Below the pieces are notes generated by a model. That model worked only from the letters and a program-made list of their open reading frames with translations. It was not told where the DNA came from and ran no database searches. The position numbers were made by a program, and so were the translations under genes. A stretch of DNA of 64,000 bases from Acidilobaceae archaeon (GTDB lineage: Archaea > Thermoproteota > Thermoprotei_A > Sulfolobales > Acidilobaceae): positions 544,001-608,000 of the forward strand of contig JAWAWX010000001.1 of the NCBI GenBank assembly GCA_038897215.1. Reading direction: 5' to 3'. This document shows, one piece after another, positions 34,704 through 44,614 of this stretch (position 1 is its first letter; each line of letters opens with the position of its first letter).

Positions 34704-35429
34704 GTGCGCCTAATGGAGTTTTATGAGATAGATTTCTCTGAGAGATTTAAAAGAGAGCTGGCTGACACGCTTGTAGATATGAGGAACCCCGTTGAGGTGA
34801 AGGTCTTCGTTTCATCGAGATGCGAAACCTGCAGAGATACCATCAAGCTTCTTAAGCTCTTCGAGGAAGCTAGCCCGCGAAGTGAAGGCAGACCTTTACT
34901 GAGAGTAAAGATATACAATTATGACGAGAAGGAGGCTAAGGAGATATTTGTAGTCGAGAACGTGCGCAGAGTCCCCACAGTCTCTCTACTCGAAGGTAGA
35001 ATAAAATGGGTGGGGATTCCTGCAGGCGAGGAGATTAGAGCATTAGTGGAGACCATCTTGAGGATCAGCGAGAACGAGTCCGGGCTGACCCTTAGAACGA
35101 AAAGAGAGCTAGCTGCCATAAGAAAGCCTATACTCATAGAGACCATTGTGACACCGCCGTGCCCTTACTGCCCTTATTCTGTGCTCCTAGCCCACATGTT
35201 TGCTTTCGAAGCCTACAAGCAAAAGAACCCCGTGATCTCGTCTGAGGCTATAGAGGCTTTCGAAAACCCAGATATCGCTGACAAGTATGGGGTTATGACG
35301 GTTCCAGCTACTGCTATAAATGGACAGCTAGCATTCGTAGGAGTCCCATACGAAGAAGACCTCTTAGATTTTGTAAAAAACGTTGCTGAAGGCAAATCTA
35401 GAAGACGTCATGACCACTGGCACATCTAG
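34704..35429 (+). CDS. Protein disulfide oxidoreductase (PDO, two thioredoxin folds)
   Basis: CETC and CPYC motifs, GIPAGEEIRAL and VMTVP. Confidence 0.92.
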   Translation: MRLMEFYEIDFSERFKRELADTLVDMRNPVEVKVFVSSRCETCRDTIKLLKLFEEASPRSEGRPLLRVKIYNYDEKEAKEIFVVENVRRVPTVSLLEGRIKWVGIPAGEEIRALVETILRISENESGLTLRTKRELAAIRKPILIETIVTPPCPYCPYSVLLAHMFAFEAYKQKNPVISSEAIEAFENPDIADKYGVMTVPATAINGQLAFVGVPYEEDLLDFVKNVAEGKSRRRHDHWHI

Positions 35430-35525
35430 CTAGGAGACAAGCCCTAGAGGTCGAGTGCTTAAATATATTCTCATACCTCTTAAGCTCTAACACCTTATTA
35501 CCCACTAGCCTATACGTAACCAGCG

Positions 35526-35852
35526 GTGCTACTAGTGCCCATCTCCTTCAGACCTCAAGACCTCAAGCCTTTGGGGAGAGTTGAGAAGATAATTAAATCA
35601 CGCTTACTTCTAGTCTCAATGGCTAGGAAGAAGCCTCTACCTCTAGGGCTTGAGGTCTACGCTCGTAGCAATGATGAATTCAATTATATTGGAAGACTCG
35701 CTGACATAATAGGGAGAACCGATAGGCCTTATGCAGTGGTCAAAGTGGAAGAAAGCGTTGAATCGTCTCTTCTCTCATCGCAACTCTACTACAAGCTACG
35801 AGAGAGAAGGAGAGGTAGCGGGTCAAGGAGGAGGGTGAGCCGTGGTAGATAG
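35526..35852 (+). CDS. gar1: H/ACA RNP protein Gar1
   Basis: LKPLG...IGRLADIIGRTDRPYAVVK with Arg-rich tail; upstream of a TFB gene. Confidence 0.7.
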   Translation: MLLVPISFRPQDLKPLGRVEKIIKSRLLLVSMARKKPLPLGLEVYARSNDEFNYIGRLADIIGRTDRPYAVVKVEESVESSLLSSQLYYKLRERRRGSGSRRRVSRGR

Positions 35853-36831
35853 CGAGGAGACTCGCTTTCTCGATTTCGATCCTATAGAGCGGAACGAGCC
35901 TCTAAGCGAGGACCTGCATGAATCCAGCCATTGCGAGAACGTGATCACAACTCCTGAGGGTTTCGAGGTATGCGCAGATACTGGAGAGGTTCTGGGAGAG
36001 AGAGTGCTTGTCGATGCGCCTGAGAGAGTCTATAGAGATGATGGGCGCCAGTCCTCGAGACACGGGGGCCCCATAGACTACTCTCACCACGCCTACGGAA
36101 TCGTTACAGACGTGTATTCAAAACGATCGAGAAACGTGCTAAGCAAAGATAAAATGACTGCTATGAGGAGGCTTGTGAGAAAGCATCGAGTTCTAGCTAT
36201 GACTAGACGAGAGAGACAAGAAAGTCAGCTCTTCCAGATTCTACGAGAAGTCTCAGCTCTTCTAGGGCTAGGTGCGAGCCAAGTCCAGGAGGCCGGTCAG
36301 ATTCTCCACGAGTTCTTGAATAGAGTAGGAGTGCCTAGCGCTAGAGAAGGTAAAGCCGTCGTTGCCGCGATAATCCATAAAATCGTAGAGAAATATAATC
36401 TAGGCATATCTCAACAAGAGATCCTCGAGAAGCTCGAAGTCGAGGCTTTCGAGATGTGGAATGCAAAAACGAAGCTCAATCAGTCGGGAGCTCTAGCTGT
36501 ACTCGCTTCTGGACCGAGAGGTCTGGGGGTTGACAGGATACTGGCTAGAATAGACACCTATATCACTAAAGCTGTTCAAGAGCTAGGCTTACCGATGGAT
36601 GTTAGAAGTCATAGCCTCGAGTTTCTCAAAACCGTTGTGAGGAATGGGAAGAGCCTTTACGGAAAGAAGCCTGAGGTTGTAGCGGGCGCTACAGTGTATC
36701 TGATAGCTAGAGTCTTCGGCTTCGACTTAAGCCAAGCTGATGTTGCTCGAGCACTAAAGATTAGAGAATCGTCAATAAGAAAACTCTACAGGTTCCTGAT
36801 GGATGACATGGTTGTTCTCATCGCTATCTAG
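35842..36831 (+). CDS. Divergent transcription initiation factor B paralogue
   Basis: VCADTGEVL ribbon, cyclin folds, and GKKPEVVAGATVY...SQADVARAL HTH. Confidence 0.82.
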   Translation: MVDSEETRFLDFDPIERNEPLSEDLHESSHCENVITTPEGFEVCADTGEVLGERVLVDAPERVYRDDGRQSSRHGGPIDYSHHAYGIVTDVYSKRSRNVLSKDKMTAMRRLVRKHRVLAMTRRERQESQLFQILREVSALLGLGASQVQEAGQILHEFLNRVGVPSAREGKAVVAAIIHKIVEKYNLGISQQEILEKLEVEAFEMWNAKTKLNQSGALAVLASGPRGLGVDRILARIDTYITKAVQELGLPMDVRSHSLEFLKTVVRNGKSLYGKKPEVVAGATVYLIARVFGFDLSQADVARALKIRESSIRKLYRFLMDDMVVLIAI

Positions 36832-37948
36832 CTAGCACTCTCGAGAAGTTTATCTCGAAAGGCTTCACGATTATCCCCTTCTCAGTGATAAAGCCCGATA
36901 TTAGGTCCGGTGGAGTTATATCAAATGAGGGATTGAGAACCTCTACATCTTCAAGCGTTATTAGCGTTGTCCCCATAACCTTCCTGACTTCATCCGGGCT
37001 TCTCTCCTCTATGACTATCCCCTCTGGGCCTAGACTCCTATCTATAGTACTCGTTGGAGCAACAACATAGAATGGAACCTTGTGATAGAATGCAGCGAGA
37101 GCTACCTGAAATGTCCCTATCTTGTTGGCTGTATGCCCGGTAATGATTATCCTATCTGCTCCGACCAAGACTAGATCAACCATTCTCTTAGACATCACGT
37201 AGGCTACAGCACTATCAACTATCAGCTTGACCGGGATACCCTCTTTCCTCAGCTCCCACACGTTTAGCCTGGCTCCTTGGAGGACAGGCCGGGTTTCTGT
37301 CGTCAACACTCTCAGATTCCTCCCCTCGTACCAAGCGTATCTAACGACCCCAAGTGCCGTACCGAAGCCTGCTGTAGCTAGAGCCCCCGTATTGCAGTGT
37401 GTTAGGATAGTGTAGTTGTCTTCTACCAGCTTGGAGCCTATCCTCCCTATCTCTATGTTTGTCTTTATGTCTTCGATGTAGATTCTGAACGCCTCCTCTA
37501 GGACTAGTTCTGCTATCTTGTCAGGGCTCTTATCTCTATTCTCCTCGATTACCCTCCATACTCTAGAGAGAGCCCAGAACAAGTTAACAGCAGTGGGTCT
37601 CGTGGATTCCAGGAGTCTCTTAGCTTCGTTGAGCTTAGCTATGAAAAGAGAGCTCTCTTTAACGTCTTTGTTTTCGAGAGCCGCAAGAGCCATACCGAAA
37701 GCTGCCGCAACACCTATAGCTGGAGCTCCTCTTACCTCCATAGACTTGATCGCTTCAACAACCCTCCTATAGTCTTTAGTTCTCCTATAGACCTCCTTGA
37801 AGGGGATTAGTGTAGTATCGAGCCAGACGAAGTCCATTGTGTCTAAGTCGAAGTAAAGAGGCTTAATCTTAAGGAAGCCCTCTAGAGACTTGAGCTCTAA
37901 GATTAGATGCTTCACGCTACACACCACCAGGGCTCTCAACGAGGTCAT
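36824..37948 (-). CDS. mtnA: S-methyl-5-thioribose-1-phosphate isomerase (eIF-2B alpha family)
   Basis: MEVRGAPAIG, TRPTAVNL, THCNTGALAT, ETRP and GADRI; start uncertain. Confidence 0.9.
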   Translation of the reverse strand: MTSLRALVVCSVKHLILELKSLEGFLKIKPLYFDLDTMDFVWLDTTLIPFKEVYRRTKDYRRVVEAIKSMEVRGAPAIGVAAAFGMALAALENKDVKESSLFIAKLNEAKRLLESTRPTAVNLFWALSRVWRVIEENRDKSPDKIAELVLEEAFRIYIEDIKTNIEIGRIGSKLVEDNYTILTHCNTGALATAGFGTALGVVRYAWYEGRNLRVLTTETRPVLQGARLNVWELRKEGIPVKLIVDSAVAYVMSKRMVDLVLVGADRIIITGHTANKIGTFQVALAAFYHKVPFYVVAPTSTIDRSLGPEGIVIEERSPDEVRKVMGTTLITLEDVEVLNPSFDITPPDLISGFITEKGIIVKPFEINFSRVLAR

Positions 37949-37991
37949 TTAGAGAGCTAGAGCTAAAGATTCTGAACACTCTTTCCTCTCG

Positions 37992-38516
37992 ATGAGTGAA
38001 AGCTCTGTGAACAGACAGCGCGAAAAGCTACTGATATCAGTGAGAGAGGGAGAGCTGCGAGTAGAGAGCTGTAGAGAAGCACGCAGTCTCTGCCTAAGCC
38101 TGAAGGCTGAAGGCTTTTTGAGCGAAGACTTGAAGATAGATAAGCTAGAAGCTCTTTATCAGCTAGCTTTGGGAAACGCTATCTACGATGGTAGAGACGG
38201 CTGGGAGGCTGTTGTCAAGCTATCTCGCGATATAGGTATACAGCTCTCCACATTCCTAGTCTACTACGACTTACGAAGAAGAGGTAGACTCGTGAAAACT
38301 AGCCCCTATCCTAGGTCCAATCTGGTTCTCGAGAAGACTCCAAGTAAGAGAGTAGAGATTCTGGTGCTAGAGGCAGGTAGAAAAGTGAAGCTAAGAGATA
38401 TTGCTGAATGGGCTAGACTTGTTCAGTCCTCGAACCACATCCCCGTTATCGCGATCGTCGACGAGCTGGGAGTGATAACATACTATGAGGTCTCAGCTTC
38501 AACTACTCTCTTCTAG
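37992..38516 (+). CDS. tRNA splicing endonuclease, probable structural (beta) subunit
   Basis: VYYDLRRRG and IAIVDELGVITYYEV; catalytic Y/H/K motifs not evident. Confidence 0.8.
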   Translation: MSESSVNRQREKLLISVREGELRVESCREARSLCLSLKAEGFLSEDLKIDKLEALYQLALGNAIYDGRDGWEAVVKLSRDIGIQLSTFLVYYDLRRRGRLVKTSPYPRSNLVLEKTPSKRVEILVLEAGRKVKLRDIAEWARLVQSSNHIPVIAIVDELGVITYYEVSASTTLF

Positions 38517-39770
38517 CATCTTCTCCGTGGAGGCTCTTAGAGTCAAAGATATCAAAGCATATGGAGCTACTAGGGGGACTCTTAAGAGACCATTAAGCTG
38601 TCTGAGCCGTGTAGACTCCTCTGACACGGGGTCTATGAGATAGGCTTCACCTAGCCTCCTTCGAACTCTTAGCTCAATAGCTCCGCCCGTACCCGATAGA
38701 GTATAAGCAGCCAGGATTAACGAAGGAGGTTCTACAGCGGCTAGGTATGTGAGTGCTCTAAGGAGCCTAGAGTGGAGAGAGAGTCTTCCAGTCGTAGTCT
38801 CCACGGGTCTCCAGATAGTCATAGACTCTAAGAGAAGCGCTAGAGCTTGAAGCTCTCCGCCTCTCGCTAGCAGAGCTTCCGACTCGAAGCTTACTCTGAG
38901 CACGCCTGGTTCGAACTCGATCTCCATAGGCTTTGGTGAAGCGATCGTTAAACTCGACTCTGGAGACTCGATGATGGCTGAGTTTGCTTTCACAGCTCTG
39001 CTCAAATCTACACTCTGGTAGGTGAAAGGGTAGAGGACTTTGAGTCTGAGATTGAAGAATCTGTGAGTGAAGTCTAGAGTTGCTCTCTTCGACCACACTC
39101 TAATAACCGACCCCGAGATAGCCGATATCGATTCATCTCCGACCACGACTTTGAGCCCGGCTCTTTCCCGAAGCTCTCCAAGCAAAGTCGTCTTGAAGCC
39201 TGCTATAGACACCTCTAAGCTACCTGAGCGCCCTTCGACTCTAGAGCAGGAAGATGCTGAAACAAAGGCTAGAGGCTCTAGACCTATCGCTAATGATACC
39301 GTGCCTTCTTCGGTCTCGACACACGAGCCTAGCCCTAAACCTAGAGATTCTCGAGGGTGCATGATGGGAGCACGGGGTCTCCATCCTAGAGGATTGAAGA
39401 AGAACACGCCCTCAACTTCTGGCTCTAAGAGGCTTGAGACCATCGAGCCTAGAGAGGCTGAGTCTATAGACTTTAGCTCTGTCGCGAAGCCTCTCGGCTG
39501 AGCAAGCGACCCGCTGGCTATCAGCCCTCCTCCATTCACATCTACTCTGAAGCCTCTCCACACCCACGTGAAGGAAGAGGCTTCTCTCAGCTCTAAGCTC
39601 CGCAAGTCTAGTAGGTTGAAGAGGAGAGGAGCGCTGGACACTTCTAAAACAGGTTCTCCTACACGAGAGAGCTCCTCGAAGACACTAACCCAGCTAGATA
39701 CAAGAGGGTCTTTTCTCCACGAGTCGCCTCTTTTCCTAGCAGAGGAGTCTCTACTAGCTCTCGTGTCCAC
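38499..39770 (-). CDS. Hypothetical protein, possibly GH38 alpha-mannosidase-like non-catalytic domains
   Basis: FFFNPLGW motif and a C-terminal beta-sandwich-like pattern; weak similarity judged by eye. Confidence 0.45.
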   Translation of the reverse strand: MDTRASRDSSARKRGDSWRKDPLVSSWVSVFEELSRVGEPVLEVSSAPLLFNLLDLRSLELREASSFTWVWRGFRVDVNGGGLIASGSLAQPRGFATELKSIDSASLGSMVSSLLEPEVEGVFFFNPLGWRPRAPIMHPRESLGLGLGSCVETEEGTVSLAIGLEPLAFVSASSCSRVEGRSGSLEVSIAGFKTTLLGELRERAGLKVVVGDESISAISGSVIRVWSKRATLDFTHRFFNLRLKVLYPFTYQSVDLSRAVKANSAIIESPESSLTIASPKPMEIEFEPGVLRVSFESEALLARGGELQALALLLESMTIWRPVETTTGRLSLHSRLLRALTYLAAVEPPSLILAAYTLSGTGGAIELRVRRRLGEAYLIDPVSEESTRLRQLNGLLRVPLVAPYALISLTLRASTEKMLEESS

Positions 39771-39973
39771 TACGCTAGCCCTCCTTTACTCTAAGCTCTC
39801 CTTGCTTAAACTCCCTAATACTCGCTCACTCATTGGATGATGTGACGAGACGCTGGGCTAAGCCCCTCTGGTATCGTTTAATCCTCTTTATCGCCTCCCC
39901 AGAGTTTAGGAGGGTTCTCGCGTTCCTCCAGCTATACCGATTTAGGCTCTTGAATTCTCTGAGTTTAAAGGGA

Positions 39974-40032
39974 CGCGGATGAAGAGTCTTGCCCCCACCT
40001 GAGGAGTGAAGAAATTACCGCGTTCTGACGCG
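39974..40032 (+). ncRNA. C/D box sRNA, probable dual guide for 16S rRNA helix 18 region
   Basis: C ATGAAGA 39979-85, D' CTGA 39999-40002, C' TGAAGA 40007-12, D CTGA 40025-28, terminal CGCG stem, and 13/12-nt guides antisense to GGGGGCAAG and CGCGGTAAT. Confidence 0.88.
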
Positions 40033-40192
40033 CTTCTTACGCTTCCTGGTCTCCACTCTCGCCGCCACCAGCTACTGCTCTCCACTCTAGGCCTGTTCGT
40101 GCCTACTTGGAGCCTGTCGACTTCCGTCGACCTTAGTAAATCTCATTCTATAAAACAGCCCGCAGGCTCAGAGAGAGTCGTGCGTCTCTCTG

Positions 40193-41614
40193 CTATAGGA
40201 TGAGTGCTAGAAGAGCGTAGAGTAGCAGTGTGGCCATTAACGGCAGGAGGGGTGAGGGGAGCCACTCCCTGTAGACTATGGCTGGTGGCAGGAGTAGAGT
40301 CGGGGTCATTGCTACCAGTGTTTCAGCTACGTTGATGAGCGAGCTCGCGTCTACCCCCACGGCTGCTCCGCTCTGCTCGAGTATTGTAGCTAGTAGTTTG
40401 AGGAAGTATAGGGTTATAGCTAGAGATAAGGTCATCAACGTAGCTAAGACGAGACTGTGTCTTCGAGACTCGGCCGAACTCCTCCTCACTTCTTCGTGGA
40501 GTTCATGAATATAAGCTAGAACCTCTTGAGCTCTCGTAGACCCAGCCGTGGTCGAGGATGCGAGAAGAGCGTCTATCACGCTCGTTAGAATGGTTTCTCG
40601 AACTCTAGCAAGCTTATCCCAGTTCAGAATCCCCACTCTAGCCTCCTCTAGCGCTTCTCTGAGTAGTGAGGAAGCACGCTCGACTGAGATGCTCTCTCGT
40701 AGAGCATAGAGCTCTATCGCTATAGCGATTAGCGTGAGGAGAGCTAGCTCGAGCAAGAGCCCTGCTCGAAGCCCTACTATACTACAAGACGCTATGAGGA
40801 GCACTGAGATAAACCCCAGGAGCTCTGTTCTCTCAACGCTCCCGACTCTTGGCCTAAAGAACATAAGCGTGAAGCCAGCAGCTAGCGATGTTAGAGCGAG
40901 CAGTAGAACCGCGATACTCCAATCGACTCCACCTAGGAGCATTAAGGGGACTAGAACAGGCATCGAGACCACTACTGTAGCCACTATCTCCGAGACTACG
41001 TATGAAGCAGCGAAGAAGACCCTCCACTGGTCTCTAGTTTTCTGAAGAGCTTCTCTCAAGAACATGACGGCTATATCCGTCCTAGAAGCTCCCACGATCA
41101 CAGAGTTCACGTAGTCTCTCAGAAAATAGCTGAACGACTTAGAGGGCGTGGTTGAAGCTAGAGCTTGTAGTGCCGCTACGGGGTCGAGCCCTAGGTTCAT
41201 CAGCACTCTAAGCCTAGAAATCTCAAATCTTAAGCTGAAAGGGAGTCTCTCACGGTCAACGTATAGGATGATGTCAGCGAGATTAGACGAGACTCTAGCT
41301 AGGGGGAGCAGTAGAGACATTATTATAGGCATGTCTCTCTCGAGAGCAAAACCTATATGAGCTCTAAACAATCGCGATGCTATAAACGGAGAAGCTATGG
41401 TCAGAACTGTGACCATCAAAGCCGCTGGGAAAGAGTTCGTGGCAACAAGCGATACCGCGAAAGCCACTGTAGAGATAGGTAAAGAAGCTCTAAACATTAC
41501 TCTGAATAGCGAAGCATACTCGCCGTAAAGTCGAGGACTCCAAAGAGCTCTCTCTAGCCTAACTAGGAGAGCAGATAGGTCTCTGATGAGGAGTAAGAGT
41601 CTAGGCGACTCCAT
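40193..41614 (-). CDS. Type IV pilus membrane platform protein (TadC/ArlJ-like)
   Basis: Multi-TM protein with GLDPVAALQALASTTPSKSF T2SSF-like motif; downstream of the ATPase. Confidence 0.75.
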   Translation of the reverse strand: MESPRLLLLIRDLSALLVRLERALWSPRLYGEYASLFRVMFRASLPISTVAFAVSLVATNSFPAALMVTVLTIASPFIASRLFRAHIGFALERDMPIIMSLLLPLARVSSNLADIILYVDRERLPFSLRFEISRLRVLMNLGLDPVAALQALASTTPSKSFSYFLRDYVNSVIVGASRTDIAVMFLREALQKTRDQWRVFFAASYVVSEIVATVVVSMPVLVPLMLLGGVDWSIAVLLLALTSLAAGFTLMFFRPRVGSVERTELLGFISVLLIASCSIVGLRAGLLLELALLTLIAIAIELYALRESISVERASSLLREALEEARVGILNWDKLARVRETILTSVIDALLASSTTAGSTRAQEVLAYIHELHEEVRRSSAESRRHSLVLATLMTLSLAITLYFLKLLATILEQSGAAVGVDASSLINVAETLVAMTPTLLLPPAIVYREWLPSPLLPLMATLLLYALLALIL

Positions 41615-43058
41615 ACCTCATCACGTAGAATCTCTTCACTGCTCTAATGAATTCGTCTGGAGAGAGGCCGACGAGTCTCTCGAGATACTCGGCTCTACTA
41701 GCTAGCTCAGTCTCAAGACTGCCTTGGACTATGTCAAGCCTACGTGAGGCGTTCTGTAAACTAACACTAGCCTCTGCCACCTCTCTCTCTGACGTAGGCT
41801 TAAACTTGTCCTCGGTCGGGTCCCAGGAGAAGATCGAGACTACCTCGTCTCCCTGAATCTCAGCTATCTCCCAGACTCTTCTTCGGGCTCTCCAACCAAG
41901 CCCAACGACTTTTCTAAGAACAACTATCGAGGATATAGATTTAAGGAATAGAGAAGGCAGACTTATGGGCTCCATCTGGAGACGCGCTATAGCGCTCTCA
42001 GCGCTATCTGCGTGGAAAGTGGTGACACAACCATGGCCTAGAGCTGCTGCTTGAGCTAGAAGCCTCGCCTCTCTCCCTCTAACCTCCCCGACTACCAGGT
42101 AGTCAGCTCTTCTTCTGAGAGCGAATTTGAGAAGGTCTTCTAGGTCGATGTCGGGAAGGTTTTCTGCAAAAGTGCCGGGTCTCGTAACCAGAGCGTCCCA
42201 GTAGTGCCAGGATAGGTTGAGCTCCGGAGTATCCTCAATCGTGACTACTCTAGAGAAGGGGGGGATGAGGGTTAGGAGAGCCTGAAGAAGCGTTGTCTTC
42301 CCAGCGCCCATGCCTCCAGCTATTATGATAAAGCTCTGAGCTTCGAGAAGCATCCATAGATAGGAGGCCATGAGTGGAGACAAGGTTCTAGAGGCTATCA
42401 AGTCCGCCATAGTCACGGGTTTCTCGGGATATTTTCTGAGAACAATGCTACTACCGGCTCTGCTCACTTCTCGCTTGAAGGTGATAGCGACCCTGTAGCC
42501 TTCAGGAGTGAGACCTTCAGCGTAAGGTACTGTAAGGCTTACCGACCTTCCGATTTTCCTACCAAGCTTTAGGACAAGCGAGTCGAGCTCGCTCTCAGAT
42601 AAAACCATATCGACCTCTATCCAGATAGCAGGAAAGAGTTTGCTCACTACTAGCACGCTTTTCCCTGCTCCCTCGACGGCTATCTCCTCGACGTTATTGT
42701 CTATCACTAGAGGGTAGAGTTTATCGTAGCCACTCAAAGCTTTCCTCATATAGTAATCCTCGATTAGGTTAGAGGGCTCGTCGGCGCCCGAGACTATCTC
42801 GGCTATCCTGTCCTCAGGAAGGGGAGGGGGCTCGATAACCTTCATCCTAGGGAGTCCGTCATCGCCTCTGTATACTCTATACTCGACTACCCCCACAGTA
42901 TACCTAGCTAGGAGTCTAGACGAGTCTACGGCTAGTAGTCCGACACTATCGGCTTCACGAACCCTATCCTCTAGCCTAGTCTTCTCGGACTCCCTAAACC
43001 CTCTTGTCTTTGCTTTAGAGAGAACTCTCCTAGTTCTAGATAGCAGAATGTTAAGCAT
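41601..43058 (-). CDS. Type II/IV secretion system ATPase
   Basis: GGMGAGKTT, TIEDTPEL, ALRRRADYLVVGEVRGREA and GH..TTFHA. Confidence 0.93.
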   Translation of the reverse strand: MLNILLSRTRRVLSKAKTRGFRESEKTRLEDRVREADSVGLLAVDSSRLLARYTVGVVEYRVYRGDDGLPRMKVIEPPPLPEDRIAEIVSGADEPSNLIEDYYMRKALSGYDKLYPLVIDNNVEEIAVEGAGKSVLVVSKLFPAIWIEVDMVLSESELDSLVLKLGRKIGRSVSLTVPYAEGLTPEGYRVAITFKREVSRAGSSIVLRKYPEKPVTMADLIASRTLSPLMASYLWMLLEAQSFIIIAGGMGAGKTTLLQALLTLIPPFSRVVTIEDTPELNLSWHYWDALVTRPGTFAENLPDIDLEDLLKFALRRRADYLVVGEVRGREARLLAQAAALGHGCVTTFHADSAESAIARLQMEPISLPSLFLKSISSIVVLRKVVGLGWRARRRVWEIAEIQGDEVVSIFSWDPTEDKFKPTSEREVAEASVSLQNASRRLDIVQGSLETELASRAEYLERLVGLSPDEFIRAVKRFYVMRYGVA

Positions 43059-43116
43059 AGTCTAGAAAAACACCCCCGAAAGAGCCCTAGAGAGCCTCTA
43101 TCCTATGTTGTTGAGT

Positions 43117-43545
43117 CTAGCCTGCGAGAGCAACAGACTTCTCGAAAGAAACTCCTTCTACCTCGTAGGCTATGATTAAGGCTCTAGCGTTAGCCGAGAC
43201 GCTGATAACTACGCTCGTCTTCACTCCTGGAGGAATGACTAGGGAGTCTCTCTGGTCGCCGCCGAGCACGGAGACTTTTCGAATCTCGCCTGTTTCGAGA
43301 TACTCTCTCATCTCTTTGATGACAACGTTTGCGCTATGAGCGTTCACGAGTTCTAAAGTGACTAGCTTCAAGGAGTCGGAGACCTTGTGCTCCTTAGCGA
43401 TAACTATCAGAGTCTCTCCCTGCTTGGCGGCTAGATCCATAGTTTTATTGAAATACTCGTAGACGAAGAGAGCTCCTACTATGGTGAAGGCTAGAAGCAG
43501 TAGGGTAGCTAGTAGGGGTGAGAGGCCACGGGAGAGTCTCTTCAC
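43117..43545 (-). CDS. Archaeal type IV pilin (class III signal peptide)
   Basis: SRG|LSPLLATLLLLAFTIVG. Confidence 0.88.
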   Translation of the reverse strand: MKRLSRGLSPLLATLLLLAFTIVGALFVYEYFNKTMDLAAKQGETLIVIAKEHKVSDSLKLVTLELVNAHSANVVIKEMREYLETGEIRKVSVLGGDQRDSLVIPPGVKTSVVISVSANARALIIAYEVEGVSFEKSVALAG

Positions 43546-43733
43546 CTGCTCTCACCTCTAAGGATCAGTAGGGTAGCCTCTATGGTAGTGAGTCTTTGAT
43601 GACTAAACGCTAATAAGCAAGAGCTAATCTAGCTCGATTTGCTAACCTAGTGAGGGAACTACTGTCTAATTATAGCGTTATTAGGGTCGAGTGAAGAGTC
43701 TCCCTTCTAGGCTTAACGCGGGGGATATGAGGA

Positions 43734-44429
43734 GTGGCAATGAAAGAAAGGCCTCCACTGAGAGTAGTGATATCGGACCCTGCTGGAGGGAGGACTGTAG
43801 TCAAGGTGGTAGTGAAGGGGAAAGACGAGATACCTTTCAGAGACAGCATGGTTAAAACTAAGGAGAAAGAGAGAACAGAGCTCCCTCTAGCGAAAGTTAG
43901 CGAGAGCCTCTTCAAGAAGCTAGAGTTAGAGCCTACGCGAGTCATGACTCTGAGGTTCAGAATAGGGGACAAGAAGATCAAAGCACCCTTCAGAGTCGAG
44001 GTAGACAGTAGCGTGCCTGAGGGAGAGGTGTGGATTAATAGCAATCTACTGATTGAGATAGCGGGCTCCACGGAGGCGGAAGCCGAGGCTTTCAGAGCAC
44101 AATCGTGGCAACTAGCAGTAGGAGAGAGTGTTCTCAGAAAGCTCGTAGGGCTCGAGATAGGAGACTTGATAGACGGCTCTCTACTCTCTCTACCGGGGCT
44201 CAGGCTAAAGATAACCGGGGGTACTGACGCTACGGGGATACCTATGCACCCAGGCGTTCCAGGAACAGGTAGAAGGGAAGCACTCCTCTCCGACCCTCCA
44301 GGTTTTAGGCCGAAGAGACCTGGAGAGAGGAGAAGAAAAAGCGTGAGGGGGAGGATGATACCCGACCCCTCCACAGAGAGGAGGAAAACTGCTCTCGCTC
44401 AGCTTAACCTAGTAATAGTGTACGAGTAG
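43734..44429 (+). CDS. rps6e: 30S ribosomal protein S6e (long crenarchaeal form)
   Basis: LKITGGTDATGIPM, GERRRKSVRG and QLNLVI. Confidence 0.95.
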   Translation: MAMKERPPLRVVISDPAGGRTVVKVVVKGKDEIPFRDSMVKTKEKERTELPLAKVSESLFKKLELEPTRVMTLRFRIGDKKIKAPFRVEVDSSVPEGEVWINSNLLIEIAGSTEAEAEAFRAQSWQLAVGESVLRKLVGLEIGDLIDGSLLSLPGLRLKITGGTDATGIPMHPGVPGTGRREALLSDPPGFRPKRPGERRRKSVRGRMIPDPSTERRKTALAQLNLVIVYE

Positions 44430-44614
44430 CTCTTCGAGTCATAAGAGCGAACCTCAACTGCTTTCTTACCCAGCTCGTGTAGAACTCTAAGACTCCATTA
44501 TCGCAAATCTCGCAGTCTCGGCAGCGAAGAGTTCGGGAGATGCAAGCTCCCCAATAAGTACATAAAACCTAGGGTAGAGGTATGGTTACTTAGTCTCTAC
44601 TGGGAGGAGAGGAG

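Noticed and set aside
39836-39875. GATGATG C-box-like sequence
   Set aside because: No correctly spaced CTGA D boxes
43734-44429. Unusually long S6e
   Set aside because: A long form with an internal insertion is already known in crenarchaea
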